A stretch of 63,678 bases of DNA, filler included, from Acidimicrobiia bacterium (GCA_041619515.1; 3 parts of 3 records of this genome joined end to end with filler, not necessarily neighbours in it); one strand, 5' to 3'; counted from the whole stretch's first letter, positions 14,513-25,557 are shown. The notes: generated by a model from the letters alone, not told the origin. Numbers and translations: made by a program.

Positions 14513-15739
14513 TCACCCGCCGGATAGGCCACGACTCTCGGGATACCGAAACATCTCGAGCTCGACGCTGGAACCGGCGGGCACGTCCGAGATCCCGGCA
14601 GGAATCACCGCAAGCCCGTCGGCCGAGGCCAGCGCCGACAATACGTTGGAATCCTGCCCGCCGCTGGGTTGGGCGTGAGGGGTGTCACCATTCCAGGCGA
14701 TGGCGACTCGCACGAACACCGTCTTCTCCGGGTTGGTGTGAACGTCCTCGTCGAGGATCCCCCGCAGCCGGGGGCGAAACAGGGCCAGGGAGCCCATCAT
14801 CTGCAGGAGGGCAGGGCGCACGAACTGCTCGAATGCCACGAACACCGATACCGGGTTTCCGGGCAGGCCGAAGAACGGGGTTCCCTCGATCATCCCGAAG
14901 GCAAACGGCTTGCCCGGCTGCATGGCCACCTGCCAGAACTCGACTCCACCCAGCTGCGTGAGCACGGCCTTGACCAGGTCGTATTCCCCCATCGAGACGC
15001 CACCCGAAGTGACGACGGCGTCGGCCTCGTCGGCGCCACGCCCGATCGCCGCCCGCAGCTGCTGCTCGTCGTCGCCGACGATGCCCAGATCCAGCACGAC
15101 GGCGCCGAGCTCGGTGAGGGCGGCGGCCAGCACCAGGCCGTTGGTTCCCCGGATCTGCCCCGGCCGAAGTTGTTGTGTCTGGTACGGGACCACCTCGTCG
15201 CCCGTTGACAGCACCGCCACCACCGGCCGGCGGTACACAAGTGGGCGGGCGGCACCGACCGAGGCGAGCACGCCCAGATGATTCGCCCCCAGCCGGATGC
15301 CGGCCGGGGCGACGGTCGTGCCGGCTGCGATGTCACCCCCTGCTCGCCGCACCGACGTGCCGGCCGGGGCTCCGGTCAAGATGGTGACGATCCCGTCGCC
15401 GGGTTTTGTGTCCTCCACCCGGACGACGGCATCAGCGCCGGGCGGGAGGGGGGCACCGGTCATGATCTTGATGGCCTCGCCGGCAGCTACCGAGCGGGTC
15501 GGAACGCTGCCGGCGGGAACGTCCTCTACCACCGAGAGGTCGGCCGGGGTCGACGCGACGTCGCGCGCCCGGACGGCATATCCGTCCATTGCCGAGTTGT
15601 CGAAGGGTGGGATGTCGTGGCCGGCGGCAATGTCCTCGACCAGCACCAGTCCCAGGCAATCGGCCAGCGGTGTCGGGACCGCGGGCAGTGCCGGCACCGT
15701 CTCGAGCACCTGGCGCTGGGCGTCGGGCAGGGGTCGCAT
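14513..15739 (-). CDS. moeA: Molybdopterin molybdenumtransferase
   Basis: PPFDNSAMDGYAV, IMTGAPLPPGADAVV, STGDE, SGGVSMG, PGKP, GLPGNP. Confidence 0.96.
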   Translation of the reverse strand: MRPLPDAQRQVLETVPALPAVPTPLADCLGLVLVEDIAAGHDIPPFDNSAMDGYAVRARDVASTPADLSVVEDVPAGSVPTRSVAAGEAIKIMTGAPLPPGADAVVRVEDTKPGDGIVTILTGAPAGTSVRRAGGDIAAGTTVAPAGIRLGANHLGVLASVGAARPLVYRRPVVAVLSTGDEVVPYQTQQLRPGQIRGTNGLVLAAALTELGAVVLDLGIVGDDEQQLRAAIGRGADEADAVVTSGGVSMGEYDLVKAVLTQLGGVEFWQVAMQPGKPFAFGMIEGTPFFGLPGNPVSVFVAFEQFVRPALLQMMGSLALFRPRLRGILDEDVHTNPEKTVFVRVAIAWNGDTPHAQPSGGQDSNVLSALASADGLAVIPAGISDVPAGSSVELEMFRYPESRGLSGG

Positions 15740-15791
15740 GGGGCCAGCCTACGGGCCCCTTTGGTGTTCGGGTACCCTTCGTCCCTCACCG

Positions 15792-15883
15792 GGAGGCGTC
15801 TGAGTGCCTGGTGGGCTCCCCGGTCTTCAAAACCGGTGAAGGGGCGAAAGCTCCTTGGCGGGTTCGATTCCCGTCCGCCTCCG
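15792..15883 (+). tRNA. selC: tRNA-Sec (anticodon UCA)
   Basis: Acceptor stem GGAGGCG/CGCCTCC plus discriminator G. Anticodon arm CCGGT-CTTCAAA-ACCGG (TCA at 15827-15829). Long variable arm AAGGGGC-GAAA-GCTCCTT. T-arm GCGGG-TTCGATT-CCCGT. CCA not encoded. Confidence 0.95.
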
Positions 15884-15983
15884 CTGCGCTGGCTCATTAC
15901 TGCATAGCGTGCTATTCTTGACTACCGTCGGTGCTGCTAAGACGAGGGGTGCGCGCCCGGGGCCGACGAGCGGAGACTTCCCC

Positions 15984-17408
15984 ATGCTGAGAACATTCGT
16001 TCGATGGACTGCCACGGTGATCTCAATGGCAGTGCTCGTGCTGCTCGCCGGTGCCTTCACCATGGGCGCCGGCTCACCGGGCACGGGCATCCTGTCCACC
16101 GAAGCGGGCCCCGGCATCGGCGGCGTCGCCATCCCCGAACGCCGGACCCTGAGCGTGCCGGGAGGCATCGTGTCGGAGCCGGTGGGGAACGAGGACGCAG
16201 CCGCAGCCGATGCCATCGTGACCGACCCCGTGGCGCCTTCCTCCCAGACCCCGACCACCACGACCACCACGACCACCACCGCTACCACGCCCAGGTCGAC
16301 GGTTCCAACGTCCCAGTCGACGACCACATCGACTCAGCCTGCAACCACCAGCACCTCGCTCGGCACGCCGCCCCCGGTGACGACGACGACAACGACGACA
16401 ACGACGACGACCACGCCCACCACGCCCCCGACCACGACTACCACCACCACGACCACCACCACGACCGTGCCGGTGAGCACCGGGTCGGGGATGTACCTGT
16501 GGGACTCGGCGTGGCAGATAGCCGCCAAGGCAAACGATGCCGGAATGCAGCAGTACGTCGATCGGCTGGCGGCAGCCAGTGGCAGCAGCGGAGCCAACTT
16601 CAGAGGGTTCTGGTTCTCGGTGGTGAACCAGAACCAGGACATCAACACGCCAAACGGGTTCGGTCACAGTTTCGGGAGCTATACGTCTCCGAACCCCGAC
16701 TACCTCAACGATGTCGAGACCCTCATCGCCAAGGCCGCCGGGCGCGGCCTGCGAGTCGGCGTCCTCGTGGCCTGGGACGGCTCCAATCAGTTCTCTGTCG
16801 AGACGGGCAAGCTCAACATCGATAACGCCTACCAATATGGAAACACCATTGCCTTGCAATGGACGCGTCCCGACTTCGGGGCGCGCTGGGCCATCTCGTC
16901 GTGGATCATGGGAGGGGACACCACCCAGGACAATGGGGGCGAGCATGGCGCCGTCTGGGCCGAGGTCGTCCGGGGCATTCAGGATGCCGAAGCCGCCAAC
17001 GGTTTCGGGGGAGCGACCATTCTGCTTCATACCGGCCCCGGACAGCAGCTCCACTACCTCGGCGCCCCGTGGCTGGACGCTCACGCCCCGCAAACCGGCC
17101 ATTGCGCCGATAGGACCACCGCCGTCAACTGGCTCAACGAGCTCAACAACACGGGCGCCCGCGTGTGGGGCAACGGGGAGATGCGGTACGAGGGAATCAC
17201 CTGGAGCTGCAACGGCATGGTGCCCATCTCGCCCGATCAGGTCCTCGCCGACACCATCGCCATGGGCAACCTCGGCTACATGGACAACTTCGTGTACGGC
17301 TACGACGCCCGCTGGAACTCGACCTGGCCGGGCTCGCACGGCCTCGACGCCCCGTCCCCCGGCTTGCAGAAGATCCTCGACGAGCCCGGTCTCATCCGCC
17401 CGAGGTAG
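15984..17408 (+). CDS. Secreted/anchored protein with Thr-rich stalk and DUF4038 (GH140 apiosidase-like) catalytic domain
   Basis: N-terminal hydrophobic helix, poly-Thr linker, then WIMGGD, WLDAHAPQTGH, GEMRYEG and FVYG, resembling DUF4038 motifs. Family assignment is from memory. Confidence 0.65.
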   Translation: MLRTFVRWTATVISMAVLVLLAGAFTMGAGSPGTGILSTEAGPGIGGVAIPERRTLSVPGGIVSEPVGNEDAAAADAIVTDPVAPSSQTPTTTTTTTTTATTPRSTVPTSQSTTTSTQPATTSTSLGTPPPVTTTTTTTTTTTTPTTPPTTTTTTTTTTTTVPVSTGSGMYLWDSAWQIAAKANDAGMQQYVDRLAAASGSSGANFRGFWFSVVNQNQDINTPNGFGHSFGSYTSPNPDYLNDVETLIAKAAGRGLRVGVLVAWDGSNQFSVETGKLNIDNAYQYGNTIALQWTRPDFGARWAISSWIMGGDTTQDNGGEHGAVWAEVVRGIQDAEAANGFGGATILLHTGPGQQLHYLGAPWLDAHAPQTGHCADRTTAVNWLNELNNTGARVWGNGEMRYEGITWSCNGMVPISPDQVLADTIAMGNLGYMDNFVYGYDARWNSTWPGSHGLDAPSPGLQKILDEPGLIRPR

Positions 17409-17481
17409 CCCTCCCAGCACTCCGCAGGCCCGCGCCGGCGCCTCACCCGGGAGCACGCTGGGGCCGCCCTAGGCTCTCCCC

Positions 17482-18171
17482 GTGAGCTGGGACGAGTCGT
17501 TCGCCGCCCATTATGAAGCGTGGGCGGCGCACATGACCGAGGACGTGCCTTTTTACGTCGGGCTTGCGGCCGAGGCTGAGGGGCCGCTGGTGGAGCTGGC
17601 GATCGGCTCCGGCCGTGTGGCGATCCCCGTCGCCCGTGCCACCGGCCGCACCGTGATTGGGATCGATTCCTCGCCCGCCATGCTTGCCAAGGCACGGGCG
17701 GCAGCCGAAGCTGCCGGCGTCGCGCTCGACCTGCGGGAGGGCGACATCCGCGACCTCGACCTGGCCGAGCCCGCCGGCCTCATCTACTGCCCGTTCCGAT
17801 CGCTCCTCCACCTCCCGACCTGGGCCGACCGGCGGCGCACCTTCGAGCGCGTTGCTGCCTCGCTGCGTCCCGACGGGAGGTTCGCATGGAATGCGTTCGC
17901 CTTCGACCATCGGCTTGCGAGCCGCTCGGACGGGCACCCTCAGGTCGAGCCCGTCCCCCATACGGTCCACTACGACGTGGCCGACAACCGCATCGACCTC
18001 GTGCTCGACGGGGGCGGCACCAGCTCGCTGTGGTGGGCGACCAAGAACGAATGGCTCGGCTTGCTCGACGTCGCCGGTCTGGAGCTCGAAGCCCTCTATG
18101 GGACATTCGACCGCCGGCCCCTCACCGCAGACAGCGGAGAGTACGTCTTCGTGGCCCGCCTCGGGTCGTAG
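17482..18171 (+). CDS. Class I SAM-dependent methyltransferase
   Basis: VELAIGSGRV, GIDSSPAML, EGDIRD. Confidence 0.9.
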   Translation: MSWDESFAAHYEAWAAHMTEDVPFYVGLAAEAEGPLVELAIGSGRVAIPVARATGRTVIGIDSSPAMLAKARAAAEAAGVALDLREGDIRDLDLAEPAGLIYCPFRSLLHLPTWADRRRTFERVAASLRPDGRFAWNAFAFDHRLASRSDGHPQVEPVPHTVHYDVADNRIDLVLDGGGTSSLWWATKNEWLGLLDVAGLELEALYGTFDRRPLTADSGEYVFVARLGS

Positions 18172-18310
18172 GAACACGCAGCGACGGGCTCCGCCACCGG
18201 GTGGAAGGTCGCTCCCGGATCGCAGAGTGCGAAAACGCACAAGTGATTTCGCGAGCAACACCCCCACAAGTAATCTGTTGGCGACCTCGACTATGGGGAG
18301 CCCACCAACG

Positions 18311-19381
18311 GTGAGAGCCGCCGTATCAACCAGAGAGAAGCCGCGTCGCCTCGCCGGTGGCTCGCTCGTCGCCATGGCGGTCGTCCTGTCGGCCTGTGGA
18401 AGCGGCGACACCCCGCAAAACACGCTCGCTCCCGCCAGCGAACGGGCTCGCAACATCGACGGGCTCTTCACGTTCACCTTGATCCTCGCTGCCGTCGTGT
18501 TCGTGCTCGTGCAGGGCGCGATCATCTACACAGTCGTCAAATTCCGGCTCAAGAAGGGTGAGGAGCCCAAGCCGGTCAAACAGATCCACGGCAACACCCG
18601 GCTTGAGATCGCATGGACCATCGCCCCGGCCCTCATCCTGGCCGGCCTGGCGGTCCCCACCGTTCAGACGATCTTCGAGAACGCCGAGTCACCGGTCGAT
18701 GCCATCGAAATCACCGTGATGGGCCACCAGTGGTGGTGGGAGTACGAGTACACGGATTTGGGCGTTGTCACCGCAAACGAGATGCACATCCCGGTGGGGC
18801 GGGACGTGTTCCTCACACTCGAGACCGACACCACAGACGTCATCCATAGTTTCTGGGTGCCCCGGCTCTCCGGAAAGCGAGACGTCGTGCCCGGTCACGT
18901 CAACACGATCACGATCAGTGCCGACGAGCCCGGTGAATACCTTGGGCAGTGTGCCGAGTTCTGCGGCCTGTCCCACGCCAACATGCGGCTTCGTGTCTAC
19001 GCACACGAGCCCGCCGACTTCGATGCCTGGGTGGCGAGCCAGCTGGCCGCAGCTGCCATCCCGCCCGATACCGACGAGAGCCTGCGCTCCACCGGTTGGG
19101 AGCTGTTCATCAGCAAGGGCTGCGCCGCCTGTCATGCCGTCAACGGCACCGAAGCCGCAGGGGGCGGCCTCAATCCCGGGCCGAACCTCACTCACTTCGC
19201 TCAGCGCAACACGTTCGCCGGTGCCCTGTTCGAGCGCAACGACGAGAACCTGCGGTCCTGGCTGGCCAATCCCTCGGCGATGAAGCCGATGCAGCCCGAC
19301 CTCAACCGCGGCATGCCAAACCTGGGCCTGAACGACGAAGAGATCACCGCCCTGGTGGCCTTCCTGCAAGGACTGACCTGA
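18311..19381 (+). CDS. ctaC: Cytochrome c oxidase subunit II with fused cytochrome c domain
   Basis: Lipobox VLSAC, LEIAWT, GHQWWWEYEY, DVIHSFW, CuA motif CAEFCGLSHANM, C-terminal CAACH...MP. Start is 18311 (GTG) or 18374 (ATG). Confidence 0.94.
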   Translation: MRAAVSTREKPRRLAGGSLVAMAVVLSACGSGDTPQNTLAPASERARNIDGLFTFTLILAAVVFVLVQGAIIYTVVKFRLKKGEEPKPVKQIHGNTRLEIAWTIAPALILAGLAVPTVQTIFENAESPVDAIEITVMGHQWWWEYEYTDLGVVTANEMHIPVGRDVFLTLETDTTDVIHSFWVPRLSGKRDVVPGHVNTITISADEPGEYLGQCAEFCGLSHANMRLRVYAHEPADFDAWVASQLAAAAIPPDTDESLRSTGWELFISKGCAACHAVNGTEAAGGGLNPGPNLTHFAQRNTFAGALFERNDENLRSWLANPSAMKPMQPDLNRGMPNLGLNDEEITALVAFLQGLT

Positions 19382-19393
19382 TGAAGGAGAAGT

Positions 19394-21360
19394 ATGGCAA
19401 CGGTTGTTGAGGCTCCTCCGATCTCGCCCCCGGGGGCTCAGCCGAAGGGCGGTATCTGGGCCTGGTTGACATCGGTCGACCACAAGAAGATTGGCATCAT
19501 GTACGGCGTTGCGGCCATGGCGTTCTTCATCCTGGGCGGCATCGAGGCCCTCGTCATTCGGCTGCAGCTGGCGGTTCCCGAGGGCAGCGTCGTCGCCGAG
19601 GATGCCTACAACCAGCTGTTCACCATGCACGGGACGACGATGGTGTTCCTGTTCGTAATGCCGATCTCAGCCGCTTTTGGCAACTACTTCATGCCCATCA
19701 TGATCGGGGCGCGGGACGTGGCCTTCCCCCGCCTGAACGCGCTCAGCTTCTGGATCTTCCTGGCAGGGGGCATCTTCATCTCGAGCTCGTTCTTTCTCGG
19801 CGGTTTCCCGGACGGCGCCTGGGTCGGTTACTCGCCGCTCGCCACCCAGGCCGAGGTCATCCGGATGGATTTCTGGGCTCTGGGGCTCCTCATACTCGGG
19901 GTGGCGTCACTGTTGGGCGCAGTCAATTTCATCACGACGATCTTCACGATGCGTGCGCCCGGCATGACCCTGTTCCGAATGCCGGTATTCGTGTGGATGC
20001 AGATGGTGGTGGCATTCTTGCTGGCGTTCTCGCTGCCGCTGGTGACGGTGGGGCTGTTCCAGGTCATCCTCGACCGCAATTTCGGGACGCTTTTCTACGA
20101 CGCCGCCACCGGAGGGGATCCCGTGTTGTGGCAGCACCTGTTCTGGCTGTTCGGTCATCCGGAGGTGTACATCCTCATCCTGCCTGCCATGGGAATCGTG
20201 TCCGAGGTGCTCCCCACGTTCAGCCGCAAACCGCTGTTCGGGTATCAATTCGTGGTGTTCGCCGGAGCCGCCATTGGTTTCCTCGGCTTCGGCGTGTGGG
20301 CTCACCACATGTTCACCGCCGGCCTGGGACCCGTTGCCGAGACTGCCTTCGGCCTCATGACCATGACGATTGCCGTGCCGACCGGCATCAAGATCTTCAA
20401 CTGGCTGGGCACCATGTGGGGTGGCAGCGTCAGCTTCACGACACCGATGCTGTTCGCAGTCGGGTTCGTTGCCATGTTCACGATCGGCGGGCTGTCCGGC
20501 GTGACCCATTCGATCGTCCCGGCCGACACCCAGCAGCACGACAGCTATTACGTGGTGGCCCACTTCCACTACGTGCTGTTCGGGGGGGCGGTGTTCGGCA
20601 TCTTCTCCGGCGTCTATTACTGGTTCGGGAAGGTGTTCGGACGGCTGTTGGACGAGCCGCTCGGCAAGCTGCATTTCTGGTTGATGTTCATCGGTTTCAA
20701 CCTGACCTTCGCGCCGATGCACATCCTCGGCCTCAACGGCATGCCGCGCCGGATCGCCACCTATGGCGACGGGCTGGGCTGGAATCTCTGGAACCTCGTC
20801 GCCACCGTCGGATCGTTCATCATTGCCCTGAGCATCCTCGTGTTTCTCGTCAATGCAGTACGCAGCTACCGCAAGGGGGAGCCGGCCGGGGCGGACCCGT
20901 GGGACGGGCGCACACTCGAATGGTCGACGACCTCGCCGCCCGCCGACTACAACTTCGCGGAAGTCCCGATCGTGGATGCGATCGACGACTTCTGGTACAA
21001 GAAGTACGGCGAGGACGACAACCATCTGCCGGTGCGCCTCGACACCGATCCCCGCGATCTCTCAGCCCGGGAGCCGGACGTCGAGCACCATGTGCACCTT
21101 CCGTCGCCTTCGTACTATCCGATCCTGCTGGCAGTCGGGATCGTGACGCTCGCCTACGGGTTCCTGTGGCTTCCGATCGGGTATCTGGCGATGGCAGCCG
21201 GGCTCGGCATCATGCTGTGGGCCATTTTCGGCTGGGCGCTGGAGGACATCGACCATCCGATGGGCGACGGCAACGGCCACGGTGACGGCGGTGATGACGG
21301 CGGCGGACGGGATGCAGCGGCCGAGCTGGTGGGGTCCGGCGCCGAAGGGACGAGCGAATA

Positions 21361-21361
<1 letters not shown>
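19394..21361 (+). CDS. ctaD: Cytochrome c oxidase subunit I (A1 type)
   Basis: DHKKIG, TMHG, FGHPEVY, WAHHMF, VAHFHYV, GMPRR. Confidence 0.97.
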
Positions 21362-21945
<584 letters not shown>

Positions 21946-21947
21946 TC

Positions 21948-22015
21948 ATGGCCACCGAAACGCCAGCCCCGGAGTCGACGGTCGAAGAGGAGAGCTCTCA
22001 CGACGATCACTTCCA
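21948..22015 (+). CDS. Probable cytochrome c oxidase subunit IV, N-terminal fragment cut by the contig end
   Basis: ATG 3 nt after the ctaE stop; MATETPAPESTVEEESSHDDHF. Call rests on operon position only. Confidence 0.5.
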
Positions 22016-22115
22016 NNNNNNNNNNNNNNNNNNNNNNNNNNNNNNNNNNNNNNNNNNNNTTAATTAATTAANNNNNNNNNNNNNNNNNNNNNNNNNNNNN
22101 NNNNNNNNNNNNNNN
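22016..22115. other. Artificial contig spacer (Ns plus TTAATTAATTAA at 22060-22071)
   Basis: 100-nt block with a linker that has stops in all six frames; identical to the block at 43925-44024. Confidence 0.98.
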
Positions 22116-22314
22116 GGACGAGGCGGTCGAGGCGGCTGACACGGCCCTCCGGCTCGATCAGGCCGGGGGCTTCGCCGAGCTGCCGGTCGCCGTTTCCCGG
22201 GTAGCCGACTTCGGCCGGGCGGGCGAAGAGGTCCCGGCGGCGGCCTGGGCATCGCTCAAGACGGCGGTGGGGCCCGGCCCGCTGTCGGTGCGCGTCGAGC
22301 GACTCGCATCCTGA
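22116..22314 (+). CDS. C-terminal fragment of a hypothetical protein
   Basis: Open frame DEAVEAADTALRLD...VERLAS* whose TGA overlaps the next ATG. Confidence 0.55.
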
Positions 22315-23192
22315 TGGGCGACTACCACCTTCACCTCCATCGCCACGGCCCTGCCCACGAGCTCGACCCGCCGCCCGGCGAGTATCCGGCCGGCCACATC
22401 GAGGCCTACGTTGAGGCCGCCGCCGCGCGTGGGGTCCACGAGCTCGGGTTCACCGAGCACCTGTACCGGTGCACCGACGCCGCCGAGGTGCTGGGCGAGT
22501 TCTGGAATCGTGAACCATCAGCGTGGCTGGCCGAGCACACCGAGCAGTTCCTGGCCGAGGACCGCACCCTCAATCTCGAGCGCTACGTCGAGACCGTGGT
22601 AGCGGCCAAGGACCGGGGGCTGCCCGTATTGCTCGGCCTGGAGGTGGACTTCTTCCCCGAGACCATCGACGCAGTCACCGAGTTCCTCGCTCCCTATCCG
22701 TGGGACTTCCTCATCGGGTCGGTCCACTGGATCATCGGCTGGTCGGTCGACCACGAGGGCGCCACCGCCGCCTTCGAGCAACGAGGTGTCGAACGGGCCT
22801 ACGAGGAGTACTTTGCCATCGAGGCCCAGCTGGCCGCCTCCGGAGCGGTGGATGCGCTGGCCCATGTCGACGTCGTCAAGAAGCACGGCCATCGTCCCCA
22901 CCGCCGGCCCACCCACCTCTACGCCGAGGTCGTCGCCGCAGCCGCCGACTCCGGCACAGCCGTCGAGGTGTCGAGCGCCGGACTGCGGGCACCCGTGGCC
23001 GAGATCTATCCGGCTCCGCCCTTCCTCGAGATGTTCAATCAGGCCGGCGTGCCCATCACCCTCGCCAGCGACGGTCACAGCCCTCACCAGGCCGGCTGGG
23101 GACGGGATGAGGTGGTGGCGGCGGCCCGGGCGGCCGGGTACTCGCACCGTCTCCAATACCGCAATCGCACCGCCACCCAGGTCCCGCTCTAG
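22314..23192 (+). CDS. PHP-family histidinol-phosphatase (HisJ/HisK-like)
   Basis: DYHLH, GFTEH, GLEVD, IGSVH, LAHVD, ASDGH. Confidence 0.88.
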   Translation: MGDYHLHLHRHGPAHELDPPPGEYPAGHIEAYVEAAAARGVHELGFTEHLYRCTDAAEVLGEFWNREPSAWLAEHTEQFLAEDRTLNLERYVETVVAAKDRGLPVLLGLEVDFFPETIDAVTEFLAPYPWDFLIGSVHWIIGWSVDHEGATAAFEQRGVERAYEEYFAIEAQLAASGAVDALAHVDVVKKHGHRPHRRPTHLYAEVVAAAADSGTAVEVSSAGLRAPVAEIYPAPPFLEMFNQAGVPITLASDGHSPHQAGWGRDEVVAAARAAGYSHRLQYRNRTATQVPL

Positions 23193-23213
23193 CCGGACGC
23201 CCCGCCCGGCCGC

Positions 23214-23408
23214 CTACAGCTCGAGGCCCGTTGTCACGGTCGTACGGGCGGGCTGGGACCGGCGATCGAGCAGATAGGGGCCCAGGGTGATGGCGAGCAT
23301 CGCCAGGACCACCAGCACGGTCACGAGCGCCGAGACGACCCGGAAGCTCCGGCGCTGGGACATCGGAACGAACTCTTCGTCGTGGCCGTTGGGCTCCGGC
23401 CACGTCAT
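23214..23408 (-). CDS. Small single-TM protein (64 aa)
   Basis: ATGA overlap with the upstream stop; MTWPEPNGHDEEF...VVSALVTVLVVLAMLAITL. Confidence 0.6.
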   Translation of the reverse strand: MTWPEPNGHDEEFVPMSQRRSFRVVSALVTVLVVLAMLAITLGPYLLDRRSQPARTTVTTGLEL

Positions 23409-24820
23409 TGGAGGGGACCCTCCAGCGCCGCCGACGCTGCCCAGTAGCCGCTCATGCCGTGGACGCCACCCCCCGGAGGAGTAGACGCCGAGCCGAGGAA
23501 GATCCGGTCCGTCACCCGGTGCGGATGAGAGGAGAGGGTGGGTCGCAGCAAGAGCCGGGTGCCGGCATGGGATCCGCCGCCGACGTCGCCGCCCACGAGG
23601 TTGGGGTTCATCTCCTCGAAGGCCGACGGAGGTGTTGTGCTGCGGGCGAGGATCCGATCGCGGAAACCTGGGGCAAACCGCTCGATCTGACGCTCGATTC
23701 GATCGCTCATGTCGAAGTCCGACCCGTTCGGTACGTGACAGTATGCCCACACGGTCTGGTGGCCACCCGGCGCTCTGGTCGGGTCCGCACTGCCGGGCTG
23801 GGCAAGGAGGACAAAGGGCCGCTCGGGATGTGAGCCCTCCGCCACCAGCCGTTCGGCCTCCGCCACCTCTTGCATCGTTCCGCCCAGGTGCACCGTGCCG
23901 GCGTCGGCCAGGCCGGGTGCCGACCATGGAATGGGCCCGTCGAGCGCCAGATCGATCTTGAATGCGCCGGGCCCGTACGGCCAGCGTTCGAACCGGCGGC
24001 GGGTCCGGCCGGAAAGGCGTGACGCGGCGATGCGGGCCAGGGCGGACGGGCCCGTCGTGAAGATGGCGGCTCGATGTTCCGGAAGATCCGTCCACTTCTG
24101 GATCCGATGGGAGAGGCGGATCTCGCCCCCGAGGCTTTCGAGATAGGACGCCAGGGCTCGGGTGATCGACGACGCGCCTCCCTGGGGAAACTGCCAGCCA
24201 CTGGTGTGGGTGAGGGCGAGAAACAGCAGGCCGAACGAGCTGGTGAACGGCCGTTCGAGCGGCAGCACGGCGTGGGCGGCGCATCCTGCGAACAGGGCCG
24301 GGTAGAGGTCTTGCCGGGCGTTGCGAGTGAACCAGGTTGCGGGCTGGAGGCCGCGCAGGCCAAAGCGGGCAAGGGTGATCGGATGGTCCGGAATCCGCAA
24401 CAGCGGCCCCAGGACGGCGCTTTCGAGCCGGCCCCAATCCTGCACGAGTCCCTGCGCCAGAGCCCGGTAACGGTCCCCGTCGGAGCCGAGACCATCGGCG
24501 GTCCGGTCGATGTCCCGGTAGGCGATGGCGGCGCGGCCGCCGTCGAGCGGGTGGCCGAACTCAGCCGAGGGCGCCACCCAGGTGAGGCCGTGCTCTGCCA
24601 GCGGCCAGTCTCTCCAGGCTGGGGATGCCACCCCCAGCGGCATGACGGCCGCCCCGAGATCGTGGATGAATCCCGGCAGCGTCAGCTCGGCGGATCGGCA
24701 CGCCCCTCCCACCTCGTCAGCCTGGTCGACAACCACCACCGATCGGCCCGCGCGAGCCAACACGATGCCAGCCGTCAGCCCGTTCGGGCCGGCTCCGATC
24801 ACCACCGCGTCGGTTGTCAT
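23405..24820 (-). CDS. FAD-dependent oxidoreductase, phytoene dehydrogenase-like family
   Basis: VIGAGPNGL, GGACRS..LTLPGFIHD, STPPGGGVHGMSG. Confidence 0.9.
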   Translation of the reverse strand: MTTDAVVIGAGPNGLTAGIVLARAGRSVVVVDQADEVGGACRSAELTLPGFIHDLGAAVMPLGVASPAWRDWPLAEHGLTWVAPSAEFGHPLDGGRAAIAYRDIDRTADGLGSDGDRYRALAQGLVQDWGRLESAVLGPLLRIPDHPITLARFGLRGLQPATWFTRNARQDLYPALFAGCAAHAVLPLERPFTSSFGLLFLALTHTSGWQFPQGGASSITRALASYLESLGGEIRLSHRIQKWTDLPEHRAAIFTTGPSALARIAASRLSGRTRRRFERWPYGPGAFKIDLALDGPIPWSAPGLADAGTVHLGGTMQEVAEAERLVAEGSHPERPFVLLAQPGSADPTRAPGGHQTVWAYCHVPNGSDFDMSDRIERQIERFAPGFRDRILARSTTPPSAFEEMNPNLVGGDVGGGSHAGTRLLLRPTLSSHPHRVTDRIFLGSASTPPGGGVHGMSGYWAASAALEGPLQ

Positions 24821-25539
24821 GTCACCTCGGTTCGGTAGACCTGGTAGACGGAGGCGATCCCCGCCGCCGCGAGGATATGCCAGAGGCCGTGCAGTTGAAA
24901 CACAGCCTGGGGGGAGCAGAGCCCGCTACCGGACCGGCTCACCCCCCAGGCGAAGGCACCCACACCGATCACCACCAGGCCGCCGACCCACCAGCGGCGG
25001 GTGGCGGCGTCCGAAACGAGGTAGGAGCCGGCTGCCGCCGCCACGACCAGCACAGCGAGGAGCGGACGAGCGGTGGCCGGCATGGTTAGTTCGATTGCCA
25101 CCGCCGCGGCCGCAGCCCCGGCCCACCAGGCCAGCAGCCGGACAAGATCCCAATTCCGCCGCTGCGCTGCCGCCCCGACGATGAAGGTCACGAGCATGAC
25201 CTTGATGGCGAGGGAGTCGGTGGTTCGCGCCCAATCGGTGGCGGCAGCATGGGCCAGGAAGCTTCCCACCCCGACGAAGGCGACCGCCAGCCCCATGAGC
25301 CATCGCGGGGCCAGAACGGTCACGCGCCGATCGACCGCGATCCAGATGCCGATGGGAACGAAGGCCAGGCTCGTCACAGCCGTAGTCGGTTGACGCAGGA
25401 ATCCGGATCGAAACGCTTCGCAGTCCGGGAACTGGGGGGTGAGGGCCGAGGTTGGCCATCCCTCTGTGCCCGGGCCGAGGCCGAAAGCCGTCGTGACGAG
25501 TGTGACGGCGACCGCGGCGGCGGGCAACAACAATGCCAT
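24817..25539 (-). CDS. CREST-superfamily (alkaline ceramidase-like) membrane hydrolase
   Basis: DCE...QP N-terminal motif, SFLAH, conserved D, HGLWH; about 7 TM segments. Confidence 0.72.
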   Translation of the reverse strand: MALLLPAAAVAVTLVTTAFGLGPGTEGWPTSALTPQFPDCEAFRSGFLRQPTTAVTSLAFVPIGIWIAVDRRVTVLAPRWLMGLAVAFVGVGSFLAHAAATDWARTTDSLAIKVMLVTFIVGAAAQRRNWDLVRLLAWWAGAAAAAVAIELTMPATARPLLAVLVVAAAAGSYLVSDAATRRWWVGGLVVIGVGAFAWGVSRSGSGLCSPQAVFQLHGLWHILAAAGIASVYQVYRTEVT

Positions 25540-25557
25540 CGCCGGAGCGTAGGCGGC

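Noticed and set aside
16250..16470. ACC/ACG trinucleotide-like repeats (also about 47500-47590 and 53900-54510)
   Set aside because: They encode poly-Thr linkers; there is no repeat-spacer structure, so not CRISPR or a VNTR.
15884..18171. Genomic island integrated at selC
   Set aside because: No integrase, no duplicated tRNA 3' end and no obvious compositional shift.
22016..22115. TTAATTAATTAA palindrome within N runs (also 43925-44024)
   Set aside because: Artificial concatenation linker. ORFs reading into it and any cross-gap synteny are meaningless.
24817..25539. Link between the ceramidase-like gene and the serine NRPS-PKS as a sphingolipid-like pathway
   Set aside because: They are on different contigs, so there is no positional support.
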